Assembly (NCBI GenBank): GCA_026413945.1
Contig: JAOAJX010000003.1
Coordinates: 64,001 to 128,000 of the forward strand
DNA length: 64,000 bases
From: Candidatus Iainarchaeum sp.
GTDB taxonomy: Archaea > Iainarchaeota > Iainarchaeia > Iainarchaeales > DTGL01
Reading direction: 5' to 3'
This document shows positions 9,833 to 20,031 of this stretch, piece after piece. Every line of letters begins with the position of its first letter. The first letter of the stretch is position 1. Position numbers and translations under genes: made by a program. Under the pieces are notes generated by a model. The model ran no database searches, was not told the origin of the DNA, and was given only the letters and a program-made list of their open reading frames with translations.

Positions 9833-10618
9833 ATGTTCGATGAAAGCTTCTTCAAGATATTCAATGAGAGCCAAGCATCAGAAAAGCAACCCACAGAGAG
9901 TTCTGGTGATGTTGAAGAAATAGATTTTGATAGAAAGCCTGTTGTTCTTTCCGTGGGCGGCTCTCTTATAGCACAAGAGAAGCCAAACGCTTCTTTTATT
10001 GGCAAATTTTCCGAAAAAATAAAAGAGCTCTGGACTGAAGGCCACAGATTTGCGATAGTAGTTGGCGGCGGAGCTATATGCAGAAACTACATTGCCGCAG
10101 CAAAAGCTTTGGGAGCAAACAACTATTCTGCAGATGCTTTGGCAATAATGGTTACGCGAGTAAATGCAATGTTATTAATACAAGGCCTTGAAAAAGCATA
10201 TCCCCAAGTGCTTGAAAATGTGTTCGCTTCGAAGAAGGTTTTAAATGCAGGCATGATTCCTGTTTACGGTGGCCTTTTGCCAGGCATAACTACGGATTGT
10301 GTTGCAGCATTATTGGCAGAATTTCTTGGCGGAACTTTCATTAACCTCACAAATGTAGATGGAGTATATTCATCAGATCCGAGGGATAATCCAAGGGCGA
10401 AGTTTTACCCAGAAATTTCATATGAGCGCTTAATTTCTTTAATTTCTGTAGCAGAAAGCAAGCCCGGGCAAAATTTAGTGATGGATTTGCCGTCCTGCCT
10501 TATTCTGAAGCGCTCTAAAATACCTGCTATAATTCTAAATGGAAATGATTTAGATAATTTTGCTTCAGCAGTTCGCGGTCTCCCCTTTAAGGGGACAAAG
10601 GTTTGTGAAAAGGCCTAA
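9833..10618 (+). CDS. pyrH: UMP kinase
   Basis: VLSVGGS, VVGGG..CR.YI, PG.TTD.VAA, TNVDGVYSSDP. Confidence 0.93.
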   Translation: MFDESFFKIFNESQASEKQPTESSGDVEEIDFDRKPVVLSVGGSLIAQEKPNASFIGKFSEKIKELWTEGHRFAIVVGGGAICRNYIAAAKALGANNYSADALAIMVTRVNAMLLIQGLEKAYPQVLENVFASKKVLNAGMIPVYGGLLPGITTDCVAALLAEFLGGTFINLTNVDGVYSSDPRDNPRAKFYPEISYERLISLISVAESKPGQNLVMDLPSCLILKRSKIPAIILNGNDLDNFASAVRGLPFKGTKVCEKA

Positions 10619-11574
10619 GCTTTTTTAAAGATCGTTTTTAGTTCCTCGAAAGTTATTGCGGGAGTTTTCCAGTGTGCTAAATCATCACTTATGCGTGGGC
10701 AAGCAATTATTACATAACAATCAAGCATAAAATCTAAAAGTGAAGTTTCAGATACAATTTCGGTTGCAATAAGAACTGCTTTTCTGCCATTTTTCTCAAG
10801 AATTCTCTTTGCCTCAAATGCTTCTCTTTCAAAAAACTGCCCTGGCTTTGTACTCATAACAACTCCAAAGTTTTTAGCATGATATGCCTTTAGCATTGCA
10901 AAATTCCTCTTGATGAGTTTTTTTTCAATATCCTTAAAACTTAGCAATGATATTTTCTTCGAAAGAGGATCTAAAATAATAACATTTTTACCTGTATTTT
11001 TTGAAATACCAATGGCATGGAAAAAACCATCTCCAACAAATAAAACATTTTCAGCATTGCATTCTGCAGCTTTTGTTTCACAACCCAAAACCATGCCTTT
11101 TTTTTCATGCCGGCCCTTTTTTAGCAATATGCTTATGCCAAGCCTTTTTGCTTCTTTTTTGAGCCATTTTAGAAGCAATAAATATTGTGCTGTCGCTGTT
11201 CCACAGACTTTCTTAATTCCACTCGAGGATAAATGCTCATAGAGAATTCTGAGCAACTCTTCTTTTTCAGCATGGTTAAACTCGTATCTAAGAGGAATAT
11301 AAACAATGCCCTTCATTTTAATCATTTTTTCATGACCTATATGGATTACTAAATCTGGTTTTATTGCACTTATTGTGCCAATTGGTATATCGCATGCTCC
11401 AAAGCAGGAATCAGCAGAGATTATGAAAGTAGTGTATAATCTATTCTCCAAATCTTGCAACAAATTATTTAGCTTCATCTTTACACCTGCTGGTGCCTGC
11501 ACAAGCACTTTCTTTGCACGATTCTTTTTTATTGCATTTTCAATTTTTTTTATATCAATGTAAAGCTCGACCAT
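10615..11574 (-). CDS. dph2: Diphthamide biosynthesis enzyme Dph2
   Basis: Q.P.G.K, CFGACD, HIGH, VLGC, GDGFFH, STKPGQ, ACPRI. Confidence 0.93.
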   Translation of the reverse strand: MVELYIDIKKIENAIKKNRAKKVLVQAPAGVKMKLNNLLQDLENRLYTTFIISADSCFGACDIPIGTISAIKPDLVIHIGHEKMIKMKGIVYIPLRYEFNHAEKEELLRILYEHLSSSGIKKVCGTATAQYLLLLKWLKKEAKRLGISILLKKGRHEKKGMVLGCETKAAECNAENVLFVGDGFFHAIGISKNTGKNVIILDPLSKKISLLSFKDIEKKLIKRNFAMLKAYHAKNFGVVMSTKPGQFFEREAFEAKRILEKNGRKAVLIATEIVSETSLLDFMLDCYVIIACPRISDDLAHWKTPAITFEELKTIFKKA

Positions 11575-11668
11575 AACAATCGCTATAGTTATTATTTATC
11601 GTGCGTTCGTATTTATACACTTGTGTTATACCAAGATTTAATATGTGAAAACCAAATCCACTTTTAGC

Positions 11669-14374
11669 TTAGTTTTCGTTTTTCATTAATTCGCTTATTT
11701 GCTTCGTGCTTTCAATTAGTAGCTTCTTTTCTTCGCTTATCACAACTGCCCTTATCTTTTCAACGCTATCAATATTAGCAGATACTGAGTCAATGCCATA
11801 TTTAATTAGTATTTTTACCATTTCTGGATTGCTTGCTGCTTGGCCACAGATTGATGTAGTTACGCCAGCTTTCTTGCATGCATCTATTACCATCTTGATC
11901 AGCTTAAGTACGCCGGGGTGCATCTCGTTGAAATATTTTTGTATACGCTCGTTGTTCCTGTCAAGACCAAGAGTTAACTGTGTGAGATCATTTGTGCCAA
12001 ATGATATAAAATCAATGCCTTCAGCAATGATGTCTTCTATTGTAAGTGCTGCTGATGGCACTTCAATCATAACACCGAACTCAAGTACTCCTTTCTCTCT
12101 TTTAAGGCCAACTTCCTCAGCAACCTTTTTTGCCTCACGTATCTGCTCTGCAGTGTGCACAAATGGAAGCATAACCCCTATGTTTGAATAGCCCTCATCG
12201 ATAAGTTGCTTTATTGCGATGAATTGTGCTTTAAGCAAATCTTTCTGGTCGAGGTCTCTCCTAATTCCATGCCACCCCAGCATTGGATTTTCTTCGTGTG
12301 GCTCATATTTGCCGCCTTCAAGATTCCTGAACTCATCTGTTCTTGCATCAAAAGTCCTGTACCAGACAGGTTTTCCTTTAAATTTAGAAACAACTTGCTC
12401 TATGCCATCATGGACTGCCTTTACAAGCTTGTCAAACTCATTTCTCCTCAAATACTCTGCAGGGTGAATACCTTGTGCAGTTATCATGTGCTCAGCTCTC
12501 AATAAACCAACCCCATCTGCACCAGTTTTAGCTGCTCTTTCAGCCGCTTCTGGAAGAGCAACATTGACTTTCACTGCTGGCGCAAGCTCCGAAAGAAGTT
12601 TTAATATCATTCGCTCCTCTTCTTCCAACTCCGATTTTTCCATTTCTTCCGCTTTTATGCCCCCAAATCTCTCAATAATCTCCTCTGCTTCTTCTTTGTG
12701 CTCTTTTATTTTACTTCTCTCACCAATGCTTCTCTGTATAGCTTCTTTTATCCTGCTTATTTTAACTTGCAGTGCACCCACTCTTTCCCTTTCTTCTTTT
12801 ACTTCATCTAAAACTTCCTGTTTTTCTTTTAACTGTTCTGCCATTCCTTTGAGGCCCGCCTTTGGCTTAGAATAAACATCCTCTTTCTGCAAGACTTTAT
12901 ACCTTTCGCTTTCTTCACTTTTGAGCTCAAGTTTTATTGCTTCTTCTATCTCATCTATTTCTTGAAGGCGTATTATCTTGTCTGTTGTTTTTTCTGGCAT
13001 TGCTAAATGTACTTCTCCTTCATAGACGAATCCTTTATAACCGTCAACTGTAACAACTACGTCATCTTTCAAGACCTTGGTTGCATTCTCTGTTCCTACC
13101 ACACAAGGTATGCCAAGCTCCCTGCTAACAATTGCCGCGTGGCAAGTTGTGCCTCCCTCATCTGTGACAATTGCCGCAGATTTTTTCATTATCGGAACCC
13201 AATCTGGATTGGTCATCTTAGTTACCAGAATTTGCCCCTCTTTTACTTTTGCTATTGCAGAGATATTTGGTACTACAGAAACTTTACCAGTTACAATTCC
13301 CGGGCTTGCAGCAAGGCCATCTAATAATATTTTATTCTCAAATTTCTCCACCTCAACTCTTCTTCGGAACTCACTTTCAATCTTATCTTTGAGTGATAGC
13401 GTTGTTATTGCTCTGCTCTGCAATATTTTTACCTCATTTCCTTCTATGGCCCACTCAATATCTTGTGGTGCCTTATAATGAGCTTCAATCTGTCTTCCAA
13501 TTTTTGCTATTTCTATTATTTTATCATCACCAATCTTTTGCTTTGCACCCTTATTTTGGAGTAGCTTAACTTTTCTTGTTTTCTCCCCCTCTTTTTTTAA
13601 CATCCACTTTTGGTAGCTTATTTTTTTGTCAATTATCTTTAATGTGTTTTTGTCTACTACATACGTGTCTGGAGTTATGCTTCCCGAAACAATAGCTTCA
13701 CCGAGGCCAAAACAGGCCTCTATTATTATTTTGCTCGTATCCCCTGTTGGATCTGCTGTAAACATTACACCGCTTTTTTCAGAATCAACCATGCTTTGCA
13801 CTACGACAGCTATTCCAACCTTTTCTGTAGCAAAGTTCTTTTTCTTTCTGTAGAATACTGCTCTTGCAGTAAACAATGATGCCCAGCAGTTCTTTACTGC
13901 TGTAAGCAATTCTTGGCAGCCATGAACATTAAGATAAGTTTCCTGTTGTCCCGCAAAGCTTGCTTCTGGCAAATCTTCAGCAGTAGCAGAACTTCTTACA
14001 GCAACAAAAGCCTGTTCGCTTGAGGTTAACCAGGCAATGCGGTGCTTCCCAAGCTTGTTGTATTCGCAAAGTATTTCTCTTTTGAGACCTTCACTCATAG
14101 GCGTCTTTTTTATAAGTGTGCGGATTTCAGCCGTTGTTCTCTTCAGTTTTTCTGTATCATCAACGTTTAGATTTTCAATTTTATCAATAATGGTTTTCTT
14201 AATACCGGTTTCTTCTATAAAGTTGAAATAAGCATTTGAGGTAATTATGAATCCGCACGGTACCGGGAAATTTGCACTAGCAAGTTCACCGAGATTGGCA
14301 CCTTTGCCACCTACGAGAGGTATATCTTTAGCGCTTACCTCATGAAACCAAACTATGTTGCGCACAAATGTCAC
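11669..14374 (-). CDS. ppsA: Phosphoenolpyruvate synthase with an internal charged insertion
   Basis: VGGKGANLGEL, VAVRSSATAEDLPEASFAGQQET, phospho-His motif GGTTCHAAIVSRELG, SFGTNDLTQ, SICGQA. Confidence 0.96.
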   Translation of the reverse strand: MTFVRNIVWFHEVSAKDIPLVGGKGANLGELASANFPVPCGFIITSNAYFNFIEETGIKKTIIDKIENLNVDDTEKLKRTTAEIRTLIKKTPMSEGLKREILCEYNKLGKHRIAWLTSSEQAFVAVRSSATAEDLPEASFAGQQETYLNVHGCQELLTAVKNCWASLFTARAVFYRKKKNFATEKVGIAVVVQSMVDSEKSGVMFTADPTGDTSKIIIEACFGLGEAIVSGSITPDTYVVDKNTLKIIDKKISYQKWMLKKEGEKTRKVKLLQNKGAKQKIGDDKIIEIAKIGRQIEAHYKAPQDIEWAIEGNEVKILQSRAITTLSLKDKIESEFRRRVEVEKFENKILLDGLAASPGIVTGKVSVVPNISAIAKVKEGQILVTKMTNPDWVPIMKKSAAIVTDEGGTTCHAAIVSRELGIPCVVGTENATKVLKDDVVVTVDGYKGFVYEGEVHLAMPEKTTDKIIRLQEIDEIEEAIKLELKSEESERYKVLQKEDVYSKPKAGLKGMAEQLKEKQEVLDEVKEERERVGALQVKISRIKEAIQRSIGERSKIKEHKEEAEEIIERFGGIKAEEMEKSELEEEERMILKLLSELAPAVKVNVALPEAAERAAKTGADGVGLLRAEHMITAQGIHPAEYLRRNEFDKLVKAVHDGIEQVVSKFKGKPVWYRTFDARTDEFRNLEGGKYEPHEENPMLGWHGIRRDLDQKDLLKAQFIAIKQLIDEGYSNIGVMLPFVHTAEQIREAKKVAEEVGLKREKGVLEFGVMIEVPSAALTIEDIIAEGIDFISFGTNDLTQLTLGLDRNNERIQKYFNEMHPGVLKLIKMVIDACKKAGVTTSICGQAASNPEMVKILIKYGIDSVSANIDSVEKIRAVVISEEKKLLIESTKQISELMKNEN

Positions 14375-14405
14375 CTCAATAAATAAAGCATTTTTATTTA
14401 TTAAA

Positions 14406-17400
14406 TTAACGCTTTTTTGGTTTTAAAGGAATATTGCCTTTGGCCATTGATCTTATTTTTGTAAGTCTTAAAATCGCTTCGCTGTATTTTTCCTTAAATT
14501 CTGCTTTACTTATGTGCTTTTTCATATAAGCTATCTTAAGCCTTTTTATCAAAGATCGCAAGCTTTCTTCTTCGGTTTTTAGATTTTTCATTAGATCTCT
14601 CCTCTCCAAAGTTTTGGATAATATTCTAAATCCCATATAAGCAAAAACTGAAAAAGAGACAATTAAGACTAACAGCCAATTAATATTCTCGTCTTGTTTG
14701 ATCAGTACTACCATTTCCTGTTGATAGGCATATGGCTCTTCAAGCATAAGCTTCAAATAGTGTTCTCCGAAACCCAATGGCTCTTCAAGATTTGCAACAT
14801 AAAAGCCACCCGACTTTTTAAATACTACTGCCGAGTTCTTGCCATCAATATTGATTTTTCCATAAATCTCTTCTTCCGTAGGCGTACTATCATCGCTCTT
14901 CAATATAAAGAGCTTTATACTGTTAGTTGGGCCAAGGGAAATGTTGATACCTTGCTTTGGCTCTATCACGGTTACAGTAAAATTTACTAAATAAATAGAA
15001 AAATTTTCTAATGCAACCCAACTCTTATTTTTGTCAAACGCTACTGCCTTTGCTTCACACCCAAGTTTATTACTTTTAAGATCATTTGGTACTTGTATCT
15101 TTAGCAGATGTACATCTTCTTCAGCTTTATAAATTGCCTTTCCGCCATCGCCATTATCACATAAAAACTCAACATTGCCTTTAAGCCCTATTGTAGAGGT
15201 TATTTTTCCTTTGATTGTCAAAAACTGTCCTTTTACAGCACCTATATTGTAATCTGATAGTTCTAAATCAAAATTAGGATTATCTTTTGAAATAGGTATT
15301 CTAAGCTCTTCAGAAAAATAGTTTCCATATATATCCTCACCTTGAACATAAAGCACAAGACCTTGCTTGAGATTTTCCTCTGATATGCGATGGTCTAAAA
15401 CCATTCTATAATCATATGGGTTGCTTTTGCTGCTGACAGATGCAACTCTTTTCTTTGAATTACTACATTTAAGATAAGCTTCAATATATGCCATTTGCAC
15501 AGGTTGGTTTATCTGTGGCACCATCACTCTTATTATTGCATCTTTGATTTCTGAGTTTATGGGATAATTTTTTTCAGCAAAAGGATTATGGTATAATATA
15601 AGTTTCATTGGCTCAAAACTTAAAGGCAAACTACTATTTAATTCAATTTTTCCTGAACTTGAGCTTACCTTTGCAGATATTTTTAAGATTGTGCTATTTT
15701 TTGTTTTATAGTTTGGCAGGTAAGTAATCACCAATTCATTACCGTCAAACTTTGTATTCGTACTCAAACCATCAATAGTAGCGTAAATATTTGTTATTTG
15801 TGATGGTTCTATTGTTTTATTGCCCGCATCCATGAAAGTAACTCTTGCTTCTACCAATTCTGTTTTTTTTAAAGTTTCGCCCCATGTGGGTTTTATCAAC
15901 CTAACTCTTATTGCTGAGCGCTTTATCGTCACTTTTTTTTCTGCATAACCCAAATCTTCATCGTCGCTTCCAATAACGGAAACTTTTACCGTGTATTCCT
16001 TTTCATAATTCTCAAAGTTGGCTGGCAAATAATAAACATATTCTTTTTTATTTTTTTTATCAGTAATTATCCTACCATCGCCAAAATCCCATTTATATTT
16101 TAGCTCTGGATAAGCTGCGCTTACAACAAGCTCAAAAGTAATTACCTCGCCTTCATATGCAGTAGTCGGTTCTGCCTTAAAGCCAACTATACTTATTCTT
16201 TTCCTGTTTTGTTCTTGAGGCATGGTGAAAAAAGTTCCTCTGTAGTTTTTCAATTCTACATCAGTGAAACACTTTATCTCATACACGTAAATTGTATCGC
16301 TATAAAGTTCGGAAAAACTTTGCGTGTGTTCTTTGCTGTTAAGCGTAAAACTATCATACCAGGAAAATATGTCTTCAGTTTTCGCTATACCTATCCGACA
16401 TCTTGATTCAATACTAGTTTTCCATGTTATTTTTGCCTCGTTTGCTGATGTTTGCACTGAAACATCGCTTATTGAAAGTGTCCTAACGGTGGGTGTTGGA
16501 ATTGGTGAGTTTGAAGGTGTTTGAGTTTGCACTGGCGTTGGTGATGGGCTTGGTGAGGGCGATGGCTCAACCGATGATGAAAAATCCTCAACACAAAATT
16601 CAGCGCTTTTCTCCGTCTCCAAATTTCCTGCCTTGTCGGAAGATCTATAGTTTATTCTGTGACATCCAGCATCTGTAATATTAAATTCAGTTCCAGTTGA
16701 CCAATTGCTTCCATCAACACGATAATTTGTATCTTCGCACCCAGATACCAATTCGATTTCAGCAATATTTAAGCCTAGGCCATATGGTGAGGTATCTTTG
16801 CACACAAGGGAAATTTTTGGATTCTTTATTACACTTATATTATCAATCCTGAACTTGCCTATCGACTTTACATATGCATCGAACTTCACCTTAAAATTCA
16901 TAGTTCTGTATTCTTTAGGAATATCGATTTTAAATACTTCGCCCATCAAGTCAAGCTCGCTGCTAACTTTCTTAAAAAGTTGACAGTTGGTGTCAGAGCC
17001 GCTACAAAAATAAAGATATAAATAATCTTCAGCCCCCCAATTCTCTTTCATTGCCCAAAACTCAATTATCGCGCTTTCAGCACCGGCCAAATTTATGCTT
17101 TTTGAGATAAGATGCCCCTTTCTTTGTTCTGTTGCAGTTGCAATGCCTGTACGGTAACTTGTCTGGACTATGGTCCAATTGGTTTTTTCCCATCGCAACT
17201 CATCAAAAGTGTTTTTGTCAAAAGTATCCTTAAAAACAACTGATGCTTTCGACATTATCGCATCTGTTGGAGGTGCTACACCATCAACTTTTATGTACGC
17301 TACACTTGGCTTTTCAAAGTTACCTGCAAAATCCTTTGATGCATATGCTATTAGCGTAGGCTCATTTAAAGTCACAGTTATACTCGATTTTCCGGAGGAT

Positions 17401-18074
17401 TGTATTAATTGCTTTAACCTTTCTATGTTGTCCTTGTTTTTCCAAATATCTGTAAATGCTTGTGCTTCAGAAACACCGGCTTTTTTATAATAAATTGAGC
17501 TGCACCCTACACCTACATCTGAGCATTGAAGGGTTACATCAGATTGGCCTTTAAGCCAGGTTTTTATATCCGGCGAAAAACTCGTCTTTGGCAACTTTTT
17601 GTCTCTCTCAAGACAGTATTTCATATTGAGATCATATTCCTCATAATCATTAGCATCACAAAGATCTGGCCTGCTGCACGCCCACCTATAACATAACAAT
17701 TTGACCCTTATAATTGCATTTTCAGATGCAAAATCAGTGCTCAAGTTAAAAGTTGCCTCTATTTTTCCATCGCATTTTCTATCATCACATCCAGGCAATT
17801 TTTTTATCGTTTTGTGCATTTCCTTTAAGCTACCTTGGTCTATAGAAACCAGGCACCTTGGTTCGTAACTACTAAGATTATCTTTTGGGATATTTTCCAA
17901 CACTACTTCAACGTTTGCATAAAAAGTCATATCAATTTTGCCTGTGTTATAAACATTGCAATTTTTATCAATACTTTTTATCTCTAGTCTTGCAGATGGT
18001 TGATAATTCCCTTCAACATAGCAAAGAGCACTAATAAGCAAAATTTGGACTAAGCAAGCCAGATTTCTTTTCAT
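14406..18074 (-). CDS. Large membrane-anchored surface protein with Ig/FN3/PKD-like domains
   Basis: Signal peptide from ATG 18074 (the track's longer ORF runs through tRNA-Glu); two D.AGN.E motifs; PS/PT linker; YKWDFGDG PKD motif; C-terminal TM and basic tail. Confidence 0.75.
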   Translation of the reverse strand: MKRNLACLVQILLISALCYVEGNYQPSARLEIKSIDKNCNVYNTGKIDMTFYANVEVVLENIPKDNLSSYEPRCLVSIDQGSLKEMHKTIKKLPGCDDRKCDGKIEATFNLSTDFASENAIIRVKLLCYRWACSRPDLCDANDYEEYDLNMKYCLERDKKLPKTSFSPDIKTWLKGQSDVTLQCSDVGVGCSSIYYKKAGVSEAQAFTDIWKNKDNIERLKQLIQSSGKSSITVTLNEPTLIAYASKDFAGNFEKPSVAYIKVDGVAPPTDAIMSKASVVFKDTFDKNTFDELRWEKTNWTIVQTSYRTGIATATEQRKGHLISKSINLAGAESAIIEFWAMKENWGAEDYLYLYFCSGSDTNCQLFKKVSSELDLMGEVFKIDIPKEYRTMNFKVKFDAYVKSIGKFRIDNISVIKNPKISLVCKDTSPYGLGLNIAEIELVSGCEDTNYRVDGSNWSTGTEFNITDAGCHRINYRSSDKAGNLETEKSAEFCVEDFSSSVEPSPSPSPSPTPVQTQTPSNSPIPTPTVRTLSISDVSVQTSANEAKITWKTSIESRCRIGIAKTEDIFSWYDSFTLNSKEHTQSFSELYSDTIYVYEIKCFTDVELKNYRGTFFTMPQEQNRKRISIVGFKAEPTTAYEGEVITFELVVSAAYPELKYKWDFGDGRIITDKKNKKEYVYYLPANFENYEKEYTVKVSVIGSDDEDLGYAEKKVTIKRSAIRVRLIKPTWGETLKKTELVEARVTFMDAGNKTIEPSQITNIYATIDGLSTNTKFDGNELVITYLPNYKTKNSTILKISAKVSSSSGKIELNSSLPLSFEPMKLILYHNPFAEKNYPINSEIKDAIIRVMVPQINQPVQMAYIEAYLKCSNSKKRVASVSSKSNPYDYRMVLDHRISEENLKQGLVLYVQGEDIYGNYFSEELRIPISKDNPNFDLELSDYNIGAVKGQFLTIKGKITSTIGLKGNVEFLCDNGDGGKAIYKAEEDVHLLKIQVPNDLKSNKLGCEAKAVAFDKNKSWVALENFSIYLVNFTVTVIEPKQGINISLGPTNSIKLFILKSDDSTPTEEEIYGKINIDGKNSAVVFKKSGGFYVANLEEPLGFGEHYLKLMLEEPYAYQQEMVVLIKQDENINWLLVLIVSFSVFAYMGFRILSKTLERRDLMKNLKTEEESLRSLIKRLKIAYMKKHISKAEFKEKYSEAILRLTKIRSMAKGNIPLKPKKR

Positions 18075-18143
18075 GAAAATAATACCATTTGCATAAATAA
18101 AAATGTTTCTAATGTGATTCAAAATATAACTAAAAAAAGTGAG

Positions 18144-18216
18144 TGCCCCAGCCGGGATTCGAACCCGGGCTACTGGCTTGAAAGGCCAGGGTGCTTGACC
18201 GCTACACCACCGGGGC
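18144..18216 (-). tRNA. tRNA-Glu(TTC)
   Basis: Full cloverleaf: GCCCCGG..CTGGGGCA, anticodon arm CTGGC-CTTTCAA-GCCAG, T arm CCGGG-TTCGAAT-CCCGG. Confidence 0.97.
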
Positions 18217-18309
18217 AATGCTACATTAGAATTAATGCCGATAAAATGTTTTTTAAATGTAACCCACAATAAGCATATAATCTAGCTTATATTGCTTATA
18301 GGTGTTCTT

Positions 18310-18477
18310 ATGCCACTAACTCCTGAAGCACTTAAGAGGCGATTTGAAAATGTTTGGGTTTGTATGAGCTGCAATGCTAAGAACCGTGCATCCCCCGGGA
18401 AAAAGCCGCAAAAGTGCAGGAAATGCGGCAGCAAGCGCCTAAGGCCTAAGAAAAAGCTAAAGAAGATAGCAAAATAG
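18310..18477 (+). CDS. rpl40e: 50S ribosomal protein L40e
   Basis: VCMSCNAKN...KCRKCGSKRLRPKKK zinc ribbon. Confidence 0.92.
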   Translation: MPLTPEALKRRFENVWVCMSCNAKNRASPGKKPQKCRKCGSKRLRPKKKLKKIAK

Positions 18478-18532
18478 CAACATAGTTTTTTATCAAAAAA
18501 ATATTTAAATAACTTCTAAGCGCAATACTTAT

Positions 18533-19378
18533 ATGGTTAGGCATTATATTGAGATCATAAGGCCTTCTGACTGCCTTATGGCATCTTTTGCTGTTCTAAT
18601 TGGCTTTCTTGTTGCTTCAGGTGGCTTTGTCGTCCACGATTTTTTAATGTTCTTAAAGCTATTCTTCGGCATGATTGCAGTTTTTTTATTTGCAGCAGCA
18701 GGAATAGTGATAAATGACTACTTTGATTATCACATAGATAAGATAAACGCTCCACATAGGCCTTTACCTTCCGGCAAAATAAAGCGCGGCCATTCTTTGA
18801 ACTATTCTTATCTTCTGTTCTCTTTAGGCATATTTTTCGCATTTCTAGTTTCATATCTTTCGCCAGGTAACCCGTGGTGTCTCTTTTTAGCACTTATAAA
18901 TACAGCACTTGAAATTTACTATGCGAGGAACTTCAAAAGGATGCTATTAATTGGCAATTTTGTAGATTCTTGGTTTGTTGCCTCGAGCTTTCTTTTTGGC
19001 GCATTAATTTTCGGTTATGAAAATTTGCAAGCAGTATCAATCCTTGCGCTCATTTCATTTTTTGCAAATGCTGGTAGAGAAGTCTTTGGTGATATTGAGG
19101 ATATTGCCGGAGATAAAAAGCTTGGGCTTAAAACATTACCAATAATTTACGGGGAAAAAATAGCAAAAAAAATTGGCTCTGCACTAATACTATTGGCTGT
19201 GATAATGAGCCCATTGCCTTGGTTTTTTGGTCTTTTGAAAATGCCCTATCTTTTCGCAGTTCTTTTAGCAGATGCAATCTTTTTAGCATCCTTGTCAGTT
19301 GATCCAAGAAAGAATCAGCTACTTACAAAGATAGCCATGGTTGTGGCACTATTTGCGTTCGTTGTTGGAGTGATCTGA
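18533..19378 (+). CDS. UbiA prenyltransferase, digeranylgeranylglyceryl phosphate synthase-like
   Basis: INDYFD..ID.IN.P.RPLPSG and RE...DIEDI.GD...G.KTLP. Confidence 0.85.
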   Translation: MVRHYIEIIRPSDCLMASFAVLIGFLVASGGFVVHDFLMFLKLFFGMIAVFLFAAAGIVINDYFDYHIDKINAPHRPLPSGKIKRGHSLNYSYLLFSLGIFFAFLVSYLSPGNPWCLFLALINTALEIYYARNFKRMLLIGNFVDSWFVASSFLFGALIFGYENLQAVSILALISFFANAGREVFGDIEDIAGDKKLGLKTLPIIYGEKIAKKIGSALILLAVIMSPLPWFFGLLKMPYLFAVLLADAIFLASLSVDPRKNQLLTKIAMVVALFAFVVGVI

Positions 19379-20023
19379 TTGGATTTTGAGTCACAAAGAA
19401 AAAAGCTTGTTAATTCAATGATTGCAAATGGCTCTTTAAAAAGTGCGGAAATAATTAAAGCTTTTCTTAAAGTTAAGCGCGAAGAATTTTTTTTACCAGA
19501 ACTTAAAAAGTTCTCTTATGATGATTCGGCCTATCCAATAGGTCATAGCCAAACAATATCACAGCCAAGCACTATAGCTATAATGTTAGAGCTTCTAAAA
19601 CCACTAAAAGGGCACAAGGTGCTAGAGATAGGCTCTGGTTCTGGGTATGTGCTTGCATTGTTGTCAGAGATAGTTGGCCCTGAAGGGAAAGTAATAGGTA
19701 TAGAGCGCAATTATGAACTTGCTGTGCGCTCAATTGAGACACTTGCCAAGCTTAAATACAAAAAGATTAAAGTATTAATTTCTGACGGCTCAAAAGGCCT
19801 TCCTGAGGAAGCGCCATTTCATCGTATTTTGGTTTCTGCTGCTTGTAATGTTGTTCCAAAGCCTTTGGAGGAGCAGCTCACCTTTCACGGGCGCATAGTT
19901 GCGCCAGTTGGCTCAAAGTTTTCACAGCAACTTCAGGTTATAGAAAAAGAACCAAATGGAGCACTTAAGAGATATTTTGCAGAGGGCTATTTTGTATTCG
20001 TACCACTTGTTTCAGATAGTTAA
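19379..20023 (+). CDS. pcm: Protein-L-isoaspartate O-methyltransferase
   Basis: QTISQP, VLEIGSGSGY, G.P..APF.RI.V.AA, FVPL. Confidence 0.95.
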   Translation: MDFESQRKKLVNSMIANGSLKSAEIIKAFLKVKREEFFLPELKKFSYDDSAYPIGHSQTISQPSTIAIMLELLKPLKGHKVLEIGSGSGYVLALLSEIVGPEGKVIGIERNYELAVRSIETLAKLKYKKIKVLISDGSKGLPEEAPFHRILVSAACNVVPKPLEEQLTFHGRIVAPVGSKFSQQLQVIEKEPNGALKRYFAEGYFVFVPLVSDS

Positions 20024-20031
20024 AAAAATAG

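Noticed and set aside
12580-13010. Intein in ppsA
   Set aside because: No intein terminal residues or LAGLIDADG motifs; the insert is a charged helical segment.
18075-18269. N-terminal 65 aa of the 1287-aa ORF
   Set aside because: It overlaps tRNA-Glu on the same strand; the signal peptide starts at ATG 18074.
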